From Eubacteriales bacterium (GTDB taxonomy: Bacteria > Bacillota > Clostridia > Oscillospirales > CAG-272), in NCBI GenBank assembly GCA_045658965.1, contig JAZOVZ010000041.1, positions 42,669 through 106,668 on the forward strand: a DNA stretch of 64,000 nt, written 5' to 3'. This document shows positions 29,197-37,407 of this stretch, in pieces (the first letter of the stretch is position 1; the number at the start of each line of letters is the position of its first letter). Made by a program: the position numbers and the translations under genes. A model generated the notes under the pieces. That model had not been told where the DNA came from. It saw nothing but the letters and a program-made list of their open reading frames with translations, and made no database searches.

Positions 29197-29814
29197 ATGT
29201 ATTATCCGCAATATCCGAGAGACGCCCTTGTACCTACCGTCATTGAACAAACCGGCAGAGGCGAACGCGCTTACGATATTTTCTCCCGCCTGCTCAATGA
29301 CCGTATCATTTTCCTGTCCGACGAGGTCAATGATGCAACCGCTTCTCTGATCGTTGCTCAGATGCTCTTCCTCGAATCGCAGGACCCCGATAAGGATATT
29401 TATTTCTACATTAACAGCCCCGGCGGTTCCGTGACTGCAGGAATGGCAATCTACGACACCATGAAGTTCATTCGTTGTGACGTTTCCACCATTTGCATCG
29501 GTCTTGCCGCAAGCATGGGTGCGTTCCTGCTCTCCGCAGGCACTAAGGGCAAGCGTATTGCCCTGCCGCACAGTGAGATCATGATCCACCAGCCCAGTGG
29601 CGGTGCAAGAGGACAGGCGAGCGACATCAAGATCCAGGCGGATCTGATCCTGCGCACGCGCAAAACACTCAACGAGCTTCTTGCCGAGCACACCGGTCAG
29701 ACTGTTAAGCAGATCGAAAAGGATACCGAGAGAGACCATTTCATGACCGCCCAAGAAGCGCTCGCTTACGGCATTGTTGACCAGGTCAAGTCGCATCGCG
29801 GCGAGATCAAGTGA
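29197..29814 (+). CDS. clpP: ATP-dependent Clp protease proteolytic subunit
   Basis: [21 protein letters not shown] (Ser), IMIHQP (His). Confidence 0.97.
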   Translation: MYYPQYPRDALVPTVIEQTGRGERAYDIFSRLLNDRIIFLSDEVNDATASLIVAQMLFLESQDPDKDIYFYINSPGGSVTAGMAIYDTMKFIRCDVSTICIGLAASMGAFLLSAGTKGKRIALPHSEIMIHQPSGGARGQASDIKIQADLILRTRKTLNELLAEHTGQTVKQIEKDTERDHFMTAQEALAYGIVDQVKSHRGEIK

Positions 29815-29824
29815 GGTAGCTTGC

Positions 29825-31171
29825 ATGGCAAATTCCAATAACGGTTCCCGTAGAGGGGGCAATGGGGACGCACCCTTTTGCTCCTTTTGCGGCAGACATG
29901 AAAGCCAGGTCAATTTTCTGATCTCCGCACCTACAGGTGCATATATCTGTGACTTTTGCGCAGAAGCTTGCAGTGAGTACGTTGAAGCGGCGGCTACGCC
30001 TTCGATTGATCTTGGCAAGCTCTCTATGGCAACGCTTCCCAAGCCCATGGATATCAAGCGTGCGCTTGACGAGTACGTCATTGGGCAGGATGATGCAAAG
30101 ATTGCCCTGTCCGTGTCTGTATACAATCACTACAAGCGTGTGCTTTCCAAGAACGAAAAGCCCAAGGGCCGCAAAAAGAAGGGCCAGCAGGCTGAACAGG
30201 ATGCAGTTGAGCTGCAAAAGAGCAACGTGCTTTTGATCGGTCCGACCGGTGTTGGTAAGACCTATCTGGCACAAACGCTTGCAAAGACCCTGCAGGTTCC
30301 CTTTGCGATTGCTGACGCTACGACGTTGACCGAGGCAGGTTACGTTGGTGAAGACGTGGAGAACATTCTTCTGCGACTGATCCAAGCTGCCGACTATGAC
30401 GTGGATCTTGCCGAACACGGCATTATCTATATCGACGAGATCGATAAGATCTCCCGCAAGAGCGAGAACAGATCCATCACGCGCGACGTTTCGGGCGAAG
30501 GCGTGCAGCAGGCATTGCTCAAGATCCTCGAGGGTACGGTTGCAAACGTTCCTCCCCAGGGCGGACGTAAGCATCCCAATCAAGAGTTTATCAAGATCAA
30601 TACCGAGAACATCCTGTTTATCTGCGGCGGCGCATTCGATGGACTGGAAGGCATTATCGGTAAGAGACAAGGCAATCAGGCTATTGGCTTCTGTGCTGAT
30701 ATTCAAAAGAAGTCCGAGCGTCGTGACAGCGGCATTTACCGTGACGTCACTCCGCATGATATCGTCAAGTATGGCTTGATTCCCGAATTGATCGGTAGAC
30801 TTCCCGTCATTGTTTCTTTGAGCGACCTTGATAAAGAAGCTTTGCTTCGCATTATCAAGGAGCCTAAATCCGCACTGTTAAAGCAGTATATCAAGCTGTT
30901 TGATATGGATAATGTGAAGTTGACCTTGACGGATGATGCGTTGGAGGCTGTTGCGGAGCTCGCGATCAAGCGCAACACAGGCGCCCGCGGTCTACGTTCC
31001 ATTATGGAAAGCATTATGATGCAAAGCATGTATGAAATCCCCTCCCGCGGTGACGTTGCAGAGGTGATTATCCATCGCGATTGCGTTGAGAAAGGCGCAC
31101 TTCCCGAGCTTGTGATCAGAACCGAGCAAATCGAAGCTCCCACAGAGCTTTTGACTGACGGTCAAGCATAA
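29825..31171 (+). CDS. clpX: ATP-dependent Clp protease ATP-binding subunit ClpX
   Basis: Zn-finger CSFCGR...CDFC, Walker [25 protein letters not shown]. Internal ATG start used instead of the upstream-extended ORF. Confidence 0.97.
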   Translation: MANSNNGSRRGGNGDAPFCSFCGRHESQVNFLISAPTGAYICDFCAEACSEYVEAAATPSIDLGKLSMATLPKPMDIKRALDEYVIGQDDAKIALSVSVYNHYKRVLSKNEKPKGRKKKGQQAEQDAVELQKSNVLLIGPTGVGKTYLAQTLAKTLQVPFAIADATTLTEAGYVGEDVENILLRLIQAADYDVDLAEHGIIYIDEIDKISRKSENRSITRDVSGEGVQQALLKILEGTVANVPPQGGRKHPNQEFIKINTENILFICGGAFDGLEGIIGKRQGNQAIGFCADIQKKSERRDSGIYRDVTPHDIVKYGLIPELIGRLPVIVSLSDLDKEALLRIIKEPKSALLKQYIKLFDMDNVKLTLTDDALEAVAELAIKRNTGARGLRSIMESIMMQSMYEIPSRGDVAEVIIHRDCVEKGALPELVIRTEQIEAPTELLTDGQA

Positions 31172-31176
31172 TAAAT

Positions 31177-31210
31177 AACGACTCGTTACTAAACGTAGCG
31201 AGTCGTTTTG
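31177..31210 (+). terminator. Rho-independent terminator after clpX
   Basis: AACGACTCG, 13-nt loop, CGAGTCGTT, then TTTG. Confidence 0.65.
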
Positions 31211-31307
31211 TATTTATTCCTATTTTGCCTGCTTTTGATGCTTTGACAAATTTCTTGTTTTATGGTAAAATACTATTGGGGGGAGATTACAATACTCGAG
31301 GTGAAAT

Positions 31308-32147
31308 ATGAAATACCAACCAAACCTTATTGCCCTTTCCGATGACATCACGCTTGGCGAAAATATGTTTACCATGATCCTGCTTCGCACAAATTCCTTG
31401 CACATGACAATTGATCACACACAATGCTATCTTGACGGCGCATATGTACTTTGTTTAAAGCCCGGTGAACACATAGAAACACACAAAGGAAAATTTGAGG
31501 CTTTGTCCTTGGGCTTTTTGCCGTATTTTTATAATGTCAATTTGAATCACGAAATAATCGGCACATCAAAATATACAGAATTACGGCAGACACACGGATT
31601 TCCGGACTTTCATTTGTTTACCGAGCGAAGCAAAGAATATGTTGGAATTATTCCCATATCTGCAGAAGGCTTTATTTGCATCAGGGACTATTTCAACAGA
31701 ATAGACCGCTATATCAAAAATCATACGAATGACAGCATGTGGTCTTGCCATGCCAGATCAGTTCTTATCTCGACAATATATTATGCGGAAAGCGCATACC
31801 TTGGGATCAGTGACAGAGAAATAAGTTCGGTTATTCTGTATATACGTGAGCACGTTGCATCCTCTATGAGCTTAAAGCAGCTTTGTCTGAAATTCAGAAC
31901 CAACCGCACTACTTTAACAAAGCAGTTCAAGGATTTGACCGGTATGACACCCATGCAATTTGTGTTGGAGGAACGGTTGAATCAATCGCGTTCGGAATTA
32001 TTGTTTACCGGGTTACCTATTGGAGAAATTGCGCTGAAATACGGTTTTTCTGATGCAAACTATTACATCCGCGCATTTAAGCGCAGATTTGGGCAATCGC
32101 CTCTGCAATACCGTAAAGAATGTCGCGCGAAACGTAATCAACTCTAA
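31308..32147 (+). CDS. AraC-family transcriptional regulator
   Basis: 279 aa with a C-terminal double HTH ...LKYGFSDANYYIRAFKRRFGQSPLQYR. Lower GC than its neighbours. Confidence 0.85.
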   Translation: MKYQPNLIALSDDITLGENMFTMILLRTNSLHMTIDHTQCYLDGAYVLCLKPGEHIETHKGKFEALSLGFLPYFYNVNLNHEIIGTSKYTELRQTHGFPDFHLFTERSKEYVGIIPISAEGFICIRDYFNRIDRYIKNHTNDSMWSCHARSVLISTIYYAESAYLGISDREISSVILYIREHVASSMSLKQLCLKFRTNRTTLTKQFKDLTGMTPMQFVLEERLNQSRSELLFTGLPIGEIALKYGFSDANYYIRAFKRRFGQSPLQYRKECRAKRNQL

Positions 32148-32183
32148 AAGCAGAACCGCACCGAAATCGGTGCGGTTCTTTTA
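32147..32183. terminator. Bidirectional terminator (AraC gene / Cys-rich gene)
   Basis: 12-bp perfect stem AGAACCGCACCG-AAAT-CGGTGCGGTTCT, then TTT. Confidence 0.8.
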
Positions 32184-32187
32184 TATT

Positions 32188-33018
32188 TTACGAGCAACCG
32201 CAGTTCCCTGCGCGGTCTCCCTTGAATTCACCGTTATAACCGGGCGGGCAAAACTCAGCGGAAGGAAAAGGCATGTGGCGGAATACGCTGCAAGGATCGG
32301 AAGAATCGTTGGTGAGGCACTCCTTATCGGGCACACAGTATTCGGTCGCCTGAATGAGATACTGTGCGGGTCTGACGAGACGAATTACCGAGAACAAGCC
32401 AAACGATACAGCAAGATATCTGCGATATTCGTCGTCTCTGCCAAGCACCTGACCAAGATCGGTACAAACACCGTCGGGAATATCGCAAGAGCAGCAGCAA
32501 CAGCAGCAGCAATCCTGAACGTTCTCCACGACCTTGACGCCAAGCACGATGGGGTCGACCACCTCGATTACTGCCTGGGGCACGTTTCTCTCTCCGCAGA
32601 CGGGAACGGGACGGGCGCAGAAATCATCAGAGCATTTGCCCGACTTAAAAATGCTGACGTTGCTTTCACTGCCGTACAGCACAACGTTCTTTTCAAGCAC
32701 AGCGATACCTTGGAACTCCTGTGCTCTTCCGTTAATGCACGACTCAAGCGTCAGCTTGATATAAAAGCGAATGGTGACGGTATAAAAGCCGCGGTTAAAC
32801 TGTACGGGCTCGACTGTAATATTCGTCCAGCCGATATCGGCACATTTCACACGAATATTGGACGTGTGCTCAATGACCTCCTGACCAAAATCGGTCAAGT
32901 ATACACGTACGTTCTCAAAGCAATCACGATCCCTGCAGGAATCCAGAATTCTGTTGGTTTCAATACAAACAGTTTCCTTGGTATGGCAGGAATTGTTTGC
33001 AAATCTGTTATCAGACAT
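32188..33018 (-). CDS. Cysteine-rich hypothetical protein with a C7 tract (possible spore coat/exosporium-type structural protein)
   Basis: 276 aa from the ATG 5 nt after the GGAGG core of the GGAGGTG SD. About 24 Cys, including DCCCCCCCSCD and a C-terminal GNCGCS. No TM helix or signal peptide. Confidence 0.7.
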   Translation of the reverse strand: MSDNRFANNSCHTKETVCIETNRILDSCRDRDCFENVRVYLTDFGQEVIEHTSNIRVKCADIGWTNITVEPVQFNRGFYTVTIRFYIKLTLESCINGRAQEFQGIAVLEKNVVLYGSESNVSIFKSGKCSDDFCARPVPVCGERNVPQAVIEVVDPIVLGVKVVENVQDCCCCCCCSCDIPDGVCTDLGQVLGRDDEYRRYLAVSFGLFSVIRLVRPAQYLIQATEYCVPDKECLTNDSSDPCSVFRHMPFPSAEFCPPGYNGEFKGDRAGNCGCS

Positions 33019-33086
33019 AGTAACACCTCCGTAGTTTAGAAGCAGAAACGCCTCTTCCCTAACATGGTATGCATACATGACGATTT

Positions 33087-33221
33087 TTGACAGCGCAAAA
33101 CAAAATGATAATAAATACGACAAAAAAGCAACCGCTTATCGGGCTGACAAATTAGCGGTGAAAAAGAAGGAAATAAGAAATGAGCTTGGCGAAAACACGA
33201 TTTCGTCAAGCTCTCTTTTTG
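33087..33221 (+). ncRNA. Candidate ~100-nt small RNA (promoter-like element plus strong intrinsic terminator)
   Basis: TTGACA (33087-33092), 16 nt, TGaTAATAA. 13-bp terminator stem at 33182-33213 followed by TCTTTTTG. There is no credible ORF. Confidence 0.3.
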
Positions 33222-33447
33222 CATTCTATTAGTGATATTCCGACTGCGTCGGAGTGTTATTGCCCTTCGGGCAGTGATATTGTTCGGCTGCGCCTTTCAG
33301 TGATATTCTATTCGCCTTTCAAACTCGCGCAGCGAATACCACTGCCGCAGGCAATATCACTGCCAAAGGCAATAGAACTCGCCGAAGGCGAATAGAACTG
33401 GGTAGATACTCCGCTTGGAGTATCTACCCATCAGCGGTTGCTTTTTG
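33122..33447. repeat. Structured palindromic repeat element, MITE-like, bounded by ~20-bp imperfect inverted repeats
   Basis: Ends are AAAAAAGCAACCGCTTATCGGG and CCCATCAGCGGTTGCTTTTT. Interior has four AGTG(A/T)TATT copies, then four inverted AATAnnACT copies, then a 13-bp perfect hairpin at 33400-33429. Confidence 0.6.
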
Positions 33448-33448
33448 T

Positions 33449-34228
33449 TTACTCAGTTTTAGGCATCTTCTCATCAAGCTTTATCAAAATAAACGTGGAA
33501 ATGCAGTAGCATACCCAGGCCATGATGGCATAAAAGACCAACTCAATAATTTGAAAGCCGATGTATTCCCAAAATCTAAGCTTTGTTAAATTCATGAAAG
33601 CATAATAGACGTATTGCACCGCAAACACCGCCCAATACGTTGCTGCCGTTACAAGAACACCAACCTGTACAGGATTTTTCATACTGACAAATTTGCTGAA
33701 CGGGAAAGCAATGCTTCTTTGATCCTGCAGTTCGTCTCCCATGATTTTTGCCTTACGGTTATAATCGTTGCGCGCCGCTTCGCGCTTAGCAAGCAACTTA
33801 GCCGTCACAAATCCCACAATGAACAGTCGCAGGCAATCCAGCAGAATGTACAGTACTAAGTTCTCCAAGACCATGCGCAGCCAATCCTCAACAGTTTCGG
33901 GAAGCGTTCCGGGATAGATCGCCCAGCCAATACCCAATATTGCTACGTAATGGAACACCGTAACAGCCAAAAATGCCGAGAACACGGTGGTCATATCACG
34001 GGTACCTATTGCATAGATACCGTAGATTACGACAGCTGATGCGATCGCGAACGCAAACACATCGGCTATTGCAATACCGGCATCCAACAAAAACGCCCAT
34101 AAGCCGTCTTGGAACAGAACGTTACTGTTCAATAATCTTGTTGCCGTTGACATGCCGATCAGGAGCAGCATCAGCCCTCCGTAGCCAAACAGCATCCATT
34201 TCAGAAGTTTTTGTTTATATATAGCCAT
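33449..34228 (-). CDS. Hypothetical polytopic membrane protein
   Basis: 259 aa with about six hydrophobic helices. No motif recognised. Confidence 0.55.
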   Translation of the reverse strand: MAIYKQKLLKWMLFGYGGLMLLLIGMSTATRLLNSNVLFQDGLWAFLLDAGIAIADVFAFAIASAVVIYGIYAIGTRDMTTVFSAFLAVTVFHYVAILGIGWAIYPGTLPETVEDWLRMVLENLVLYILLDCLRLFIVGFVTAKLLAKREAARNDYNRKAKIMGDELQDQRSIAFPFSKFVSMKNPVQVGVLVTAATYWAVFAVQYVYYAFMNLTKLRFWEYIGFQIIELVFYAIMAWVCYCISTFILIKLDEKMPKTE

Positions 34229-34370
34229 GTTTCATTTCCCTTTCGAATATATGCATACAGTATACCATATTACCATAAAAAATGCTACAGTTAAATGTAA
34301 ATATTTTGCAATTCCGGATAAAACACAACGTCGTGGCATATGATAGAGTATCGGAATACGGAGGTTGCAT

Positions 34371-34781
34371 ATGCACGCTGAATTTGGAAACGGACATAAA
34401 CAAATCACATTTTATAATGCGGAAAAGCGTCACGACGTGGACGTCATGCTATCGCGCATAGCTTCATCATACAAGGCAATGCTTGCTGTGGGTTATCCGA
34501 GCATAGCACGTGCAGAACGTTGCTGTAAATTGATTTTTACAAGCGATATGCCCGGTCGTACGGCTCTTAACGTATATATATCCTCTCGCCCTTGCGGAAT
34601 TTACACAGATGAACAGGCGTATCACAAACAGCTCGCGCGAGCATTTTTTTCGGCTACTGGTTTTGATATTTACCCAACAAGCAGCAGTGCTGCTGATCTG
34701 GAGATTGGCATTGGAAACATGGATGCGGGTACACAAGGATACGTGATACTGAAGGATGCGATCATGGAGTTCGCCTTTTAG
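34371..34781 (+). CDS. Hypothetical protein
   Basis: 136 aa. ATG lies 7 nt after the GGAGG SD (the track start 34365 is a TTG). No motif recognised. Confidence 0.45.
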   Translation: MHAEFGNGHKQITFYNAEKRHDVDVMLSRIASSYKAMLAVGYPSIARAERCCKLIFTSDMPGRTALNVYISSRPCGIYTDEQAYHKQLARAFFSATGFDIYPTSSSAADLEIGIGNMDAGTQGYVILKDAIMEFAF

Positions 34782-34824
34782 GCATGGTGGGCACAAATAT
34801 TTTCTGATTTTTTTCAAAAAGGGG

Positions 34825-34853
34825 TTGCATTTCAGTTACGTTTGTGGTATAAT
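34825..34853 (+). promoter_or_regulatory. Sigma-A promoter of tRNA-Val
   Basis: TTGCAT, 17 nt, TATAAT; ends 11 nt before the tRNA 5' end. Confidence 0.65.
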
Positions 34854-34864
34854 ACCAAACGTTC

Positions 34865-34941
34865 GGAGGCGTAGCTCAGTTGGTCAGAGCGCACGGTTCA
34901 CATCCGTGAGGTCATGGGTTCGAGCCCCCTCGTCTCCACCA
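34865..34941 (+). tRNA. tRNA-Val (anticodon CAC), CCA encoded
   Basis: Cloverleaf: acceptor GGAGGCG/CGTCTCC (one G-U), D arm GCTC/GAGC, anticodon stem CACGG/CCGTG with loop TTCACAT, T loop TTCGAGC. There is one U-C mismatch in the T stem. Confidence 0.88.
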
Positions 34942-34942
34942 T

Positions 34943-34980
34943 AAAAAACGGATCGCGCAAGCGATCCGTTTTTTTGTTTT
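34943..34980 (+). terminator. Rho-independent terminator after tRNA-Val
   Basis: AACGGATCGC-GCAA-GCGATCCGTT, then TTTTTTG. Confidence 0.8.
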
Positions 34981-35016
34981 TGCCGAGAACTGCCCCAAAA
35001 TAAGCAATCGCCGCAA

Positions 35017-35418
35017 TCATTTATTAGAGAACAATTCGGGATTGTATCTGTAAATGTCTTGGCTGTCAATATCCACGTCGGGGATAATAATAGGCAGGAT
35101 TCCGGTGCTGGAAGAAATCGTCGAAACAGCAGCTCTCGCAAACGGATACAGCTGCTTAAAGGACTCCTTATGCAACAGTTCTTTGTCCTGTTCTGCCACA
35201 ATTTCAAAAATGCCTACCAGCGTCAAATCCATCTTAAACGTATCAGGGGCGTCTTGATCGCAAACAGAAACCTTCATTTCTGCCCTACAGGTATTGTTGG
35301 TGCCAAACTTGACTTGATACGTGTATTTATTCTGCAGTTTGGTTTTACCGCTTGCAGCTGCATGATTCTGAAACTGAACATCTGTAATTCTATAAGTCTT
35401 CAGTACAAGTTCTTTCAT
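35017..35418 (-). CDS. SecB-like chaperone
   Basis: 133 aa. LVGIFEI...LYPFARAAVSTISSSTGILPIIIPDVDID aligns with the E. coli SecB core AGIFSI...[29 protein letters not shown]. ATG follows the AAAGGAG SD. Confidence 0.72.
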   Translation of the reverse strand: MKELVLKTYRITDVQFQNHAAASGKTKLQNKYTYQVKFGTNNTCRAEMKVSVCDQDAPDTFKMDLTLVGIFEIVAEQDKELLHKESFKQLYPFARAAVSTISSSTGILPIIIPDVDIDSQDIYRYNPELFSNK

Positions 35419-35437
35419 ATAATCTCCTTTAATGATG

Positions 35438-35463
35438 AAAAAAGAGGCATACGCCTCTTTTTT
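35438..35463 (-). terminator. Hairpin with flanking A/T runs between the P-loop gene and the SecB-like gene
   Basis: AAAAAAGAGGC-loop-GCCTCTTTTTT ends about 20 nt before the SecB-like start codon. Confidence 0.6.
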
Positions 35464-35487
35464 CATTCAGACATTTTGTCGTATGAC

Positions 35488-35895
35488 TTACAGATACTTC
35501 TTGATGGTATCGGAAGCCTCTTCTACAGGCAGAGAGGAAGTCATCACAACGTTGACGTTCATCTTGGAGCAGAGCTCGTCAACAGCAAGAACCAGCTTTT
35601 CGAATGCAGCAATATCTTCGTTGCAGATCTTGAGAGCAGAGTCTACAAACAGATCGGAAACGTCGTGGTTGCTTGCAAGAATACCTGCGATGAAGCCATA
35701 CAGAGCTTCTGCATCGAATACCAGGTACTCGTTGGTGTTGATCAATCTTGCCTGATACTTAACGTCGTATCTCAGCTTAACGCCCTTTTCAATGCAGACA
35801 ACGTCGCCCTGGGTCTTGGAAAGTGCGTCGTTAACCATTTCAATCAAAGTCTTTGTTTTTCCGGTGCCTTTAACACCAATCAGCAATTTGAGCAT
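35488..35895 (-). CDS. Small P-loop NTPase-like protein
   Basis: 135 aa. Walker A GVKGTGKT at residues 7-14. Candidate Walker B is DVVCIE or LFVDS. No other domain. Confidence 0.6.
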   Translation of the reverse strand: MLKLLIGVKGTGKTKTLIEMVNDALSKTQGDVVCIEKGVKLRYDVKYQARLINTNEYLVFDAEALYGFIAGILASNHDVSDLFVDSALKICNEDIAAFEKLVLAVDELCSKMNVNVVMTSSLPVEEASDTIKKYL

Positions 35896-35970
35896 ATGTT
35901 TAGTCCTCCATGGAATGCTTTTCTATATTATACAGTATTTTTTTGAATATTACAAGACCTTTTTGAAAAT

Positions 35971-37308
35971 TTATCCCAGTCTTGCCTCAAGTTTTTGTTT
36001 CATTTCTTCGTATCCGGGCTTGCCGAGCAGTGCAAACATGTTTTTCTTGTACGCCTCAACGCCGGGCTGGTCAAACGGATTGACTCCGAGCATGTAACCG
36101 GAGATCGCGCAAGCCAATTCAAAGAAGTAGATCATGTAGCCCAGAGAGTGTGCGCTACGATCCTTGATTTCGAGCAGAACGTTAGGTACGCCGCCGTCTA
36201 CGTGTGCAAGAAGAGTTCCCTGCATTGCGGTCTTCTTGACGACGTTCAGATCAACGCCGGACAGGAAGTTCAGACCGTCTACGTTAGCGGGATCGTGAGG
36301 AATATCAAAGGTAACGTCGCTGTTCTCGATCGAGATCACGGTCTCAAACAGATTGCGTACACCGTCCTGAATGTACTGACCAAGCGAGTGCAGGTCTGTG
36401 GAGAAGATCACGGACGCGGGGAAAATGCCCTTCTGGTCCTTACCCTCGCTCTCACCGTACAGCTGCTTCCACCACTCGTTGAACATCTGCGAATAGGTCT
36501 CGTAGCCAACCAGAATTTCGGTCGTCTTGCCCTTTCTGTACAGAATGTTACGAATAGCTGCGTACTTATAGCAATCATTATTTGCAATCTTATCGTCGGT
36601 GTATGCAAGTCTTGCATCGTTTGCGCCCTGCATCAGTGCGTCAATGTCAATACCGGCAACAGCAATAGGCAGAAGACCTACTGCGGTAAGCACCGAGAAT
36701 CTGCCGCCAACGTCATCCGGAACGACAAAGGTCTGATATCCCATCTGATCGGAGAACGCCTTAAGCGTGCCTCTCTGACGGTCCGTGGTAACGTAAATGC
36801 GCTCCTTTGCGCCCTCAACACCGTATTTCTCTTCCAGCATGTTGCGGAATACGCGGAAAGCAACTGCGGGCTCGGTGGTAGTACCGGATTTAGAGATGAC
36901 GTTAATGCAAACGTCTTTACCCTCACAAATGCTCAGCAGCTCCGCAATGGATGCAGCACTGATATTGCAGCCTGCGAAATAGATGTCGGGAGTATCCTTT
37001 TTCAGATTGTTGTACAGGGGGGATTTGAGATATTCGATCACAGCGCGTGCACCGAGATAAGAGCCGCCGATACCGATGACGATAAATACGTCACAGTTCT
37101 TTTTGATCTTCTCTGCGCACTGCTTAATGGTAGCAAATTCCTGCTTGTCGTAATCTTCCGGCAACGTTGTCCAGCCAAGAAAATCGTTACCAAGACCGCT
37201 CTTTGCAACAAGCATGTTATGCGCTGCAGTGACCTGAGGTTGAATTGCGGTGTATTCCTGATCCAGAATAAAACCGCGCAAATAGTTATCGTTAAGTCGG
37301 ATAGTCAT
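35971..37308 (-). CDS. pgi: Glucose-6-phosphate isomerase
   Basis: 445 aa. [24 protein letters not shown]. Confidence 0.96.
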   Translation of the reverse strand: MTIRLNDNYLRGFILDQEYTAIQPQVTAAHNMLVAKSGLGNDFLGWTTLPEDYDKQEFATIKQCAEKIKKNCDVFIVIGIGGSYLGARAVIEYLKSPLYNNLKKDTPDIYFAGCNISAASIAELLSICEGKDVCINVISKSGTTTEPAVAFRVFRNMLEEKYGVEGAKERIYVTTDRQRGTLKAFSDQMGYQTFVVPDDVGGRFSVLTAVGLLPIAVAGIDIDALMQGANDARLAYTDDKIANNDCYKYAAIRNILYRKGKTTEILVGYETYSQMFNEWWKQLYGESEGKDQKGIFPASVIFSTDLHSLGQYIQDGVRNLFETVISIENSDVTFDIPHDPANVDGLNFLSGVDLNVVKKTAMQGTLLAHVDGGVPNVLLEIKDRSAHSLGYMIYFFELACAISGYMLGVNPFDQPGVEAYKKNMFALLGKPGYEEMKQKLEARLG

Positions 37309-37407
37309 TTTTATACCGCCTTTATGTTATTCGCCCACAATGGAGCGTCTGTATTTATTATACTGCATATCTCGGATTTTTTCAAGCCCCGAAAACGCAT
37401 TTTTATA

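Noticed and set aside
33180-33395. 71-aa ORF spanning the repeat element
   Set aside because: It runs through a strong intrinsic terminator and the 9-mer palindromic array. Its apparent peptide repeats simply mirror the DNA repeats, and its ATG lacks a well-spaced SD.
33229-33399. Possible CRISPR array
   Set aside because: The repeat units are only 9 nt with 9-17 nt between them, half of them are inverted relative to the other half, and no cas genes are present. This is not CRISPR architecture.
34865-34941. Possibility that tRNA-Val is a pseudo-tRNA because of a U-C mismatch in the T stem
   Set aside because: All other stems, the invariant D- and T-loop residues, the encoded CCA, a consensus promoter and a strong terminator are intact. 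A single T-stem mismatch is tolerated in functional tRNAs.
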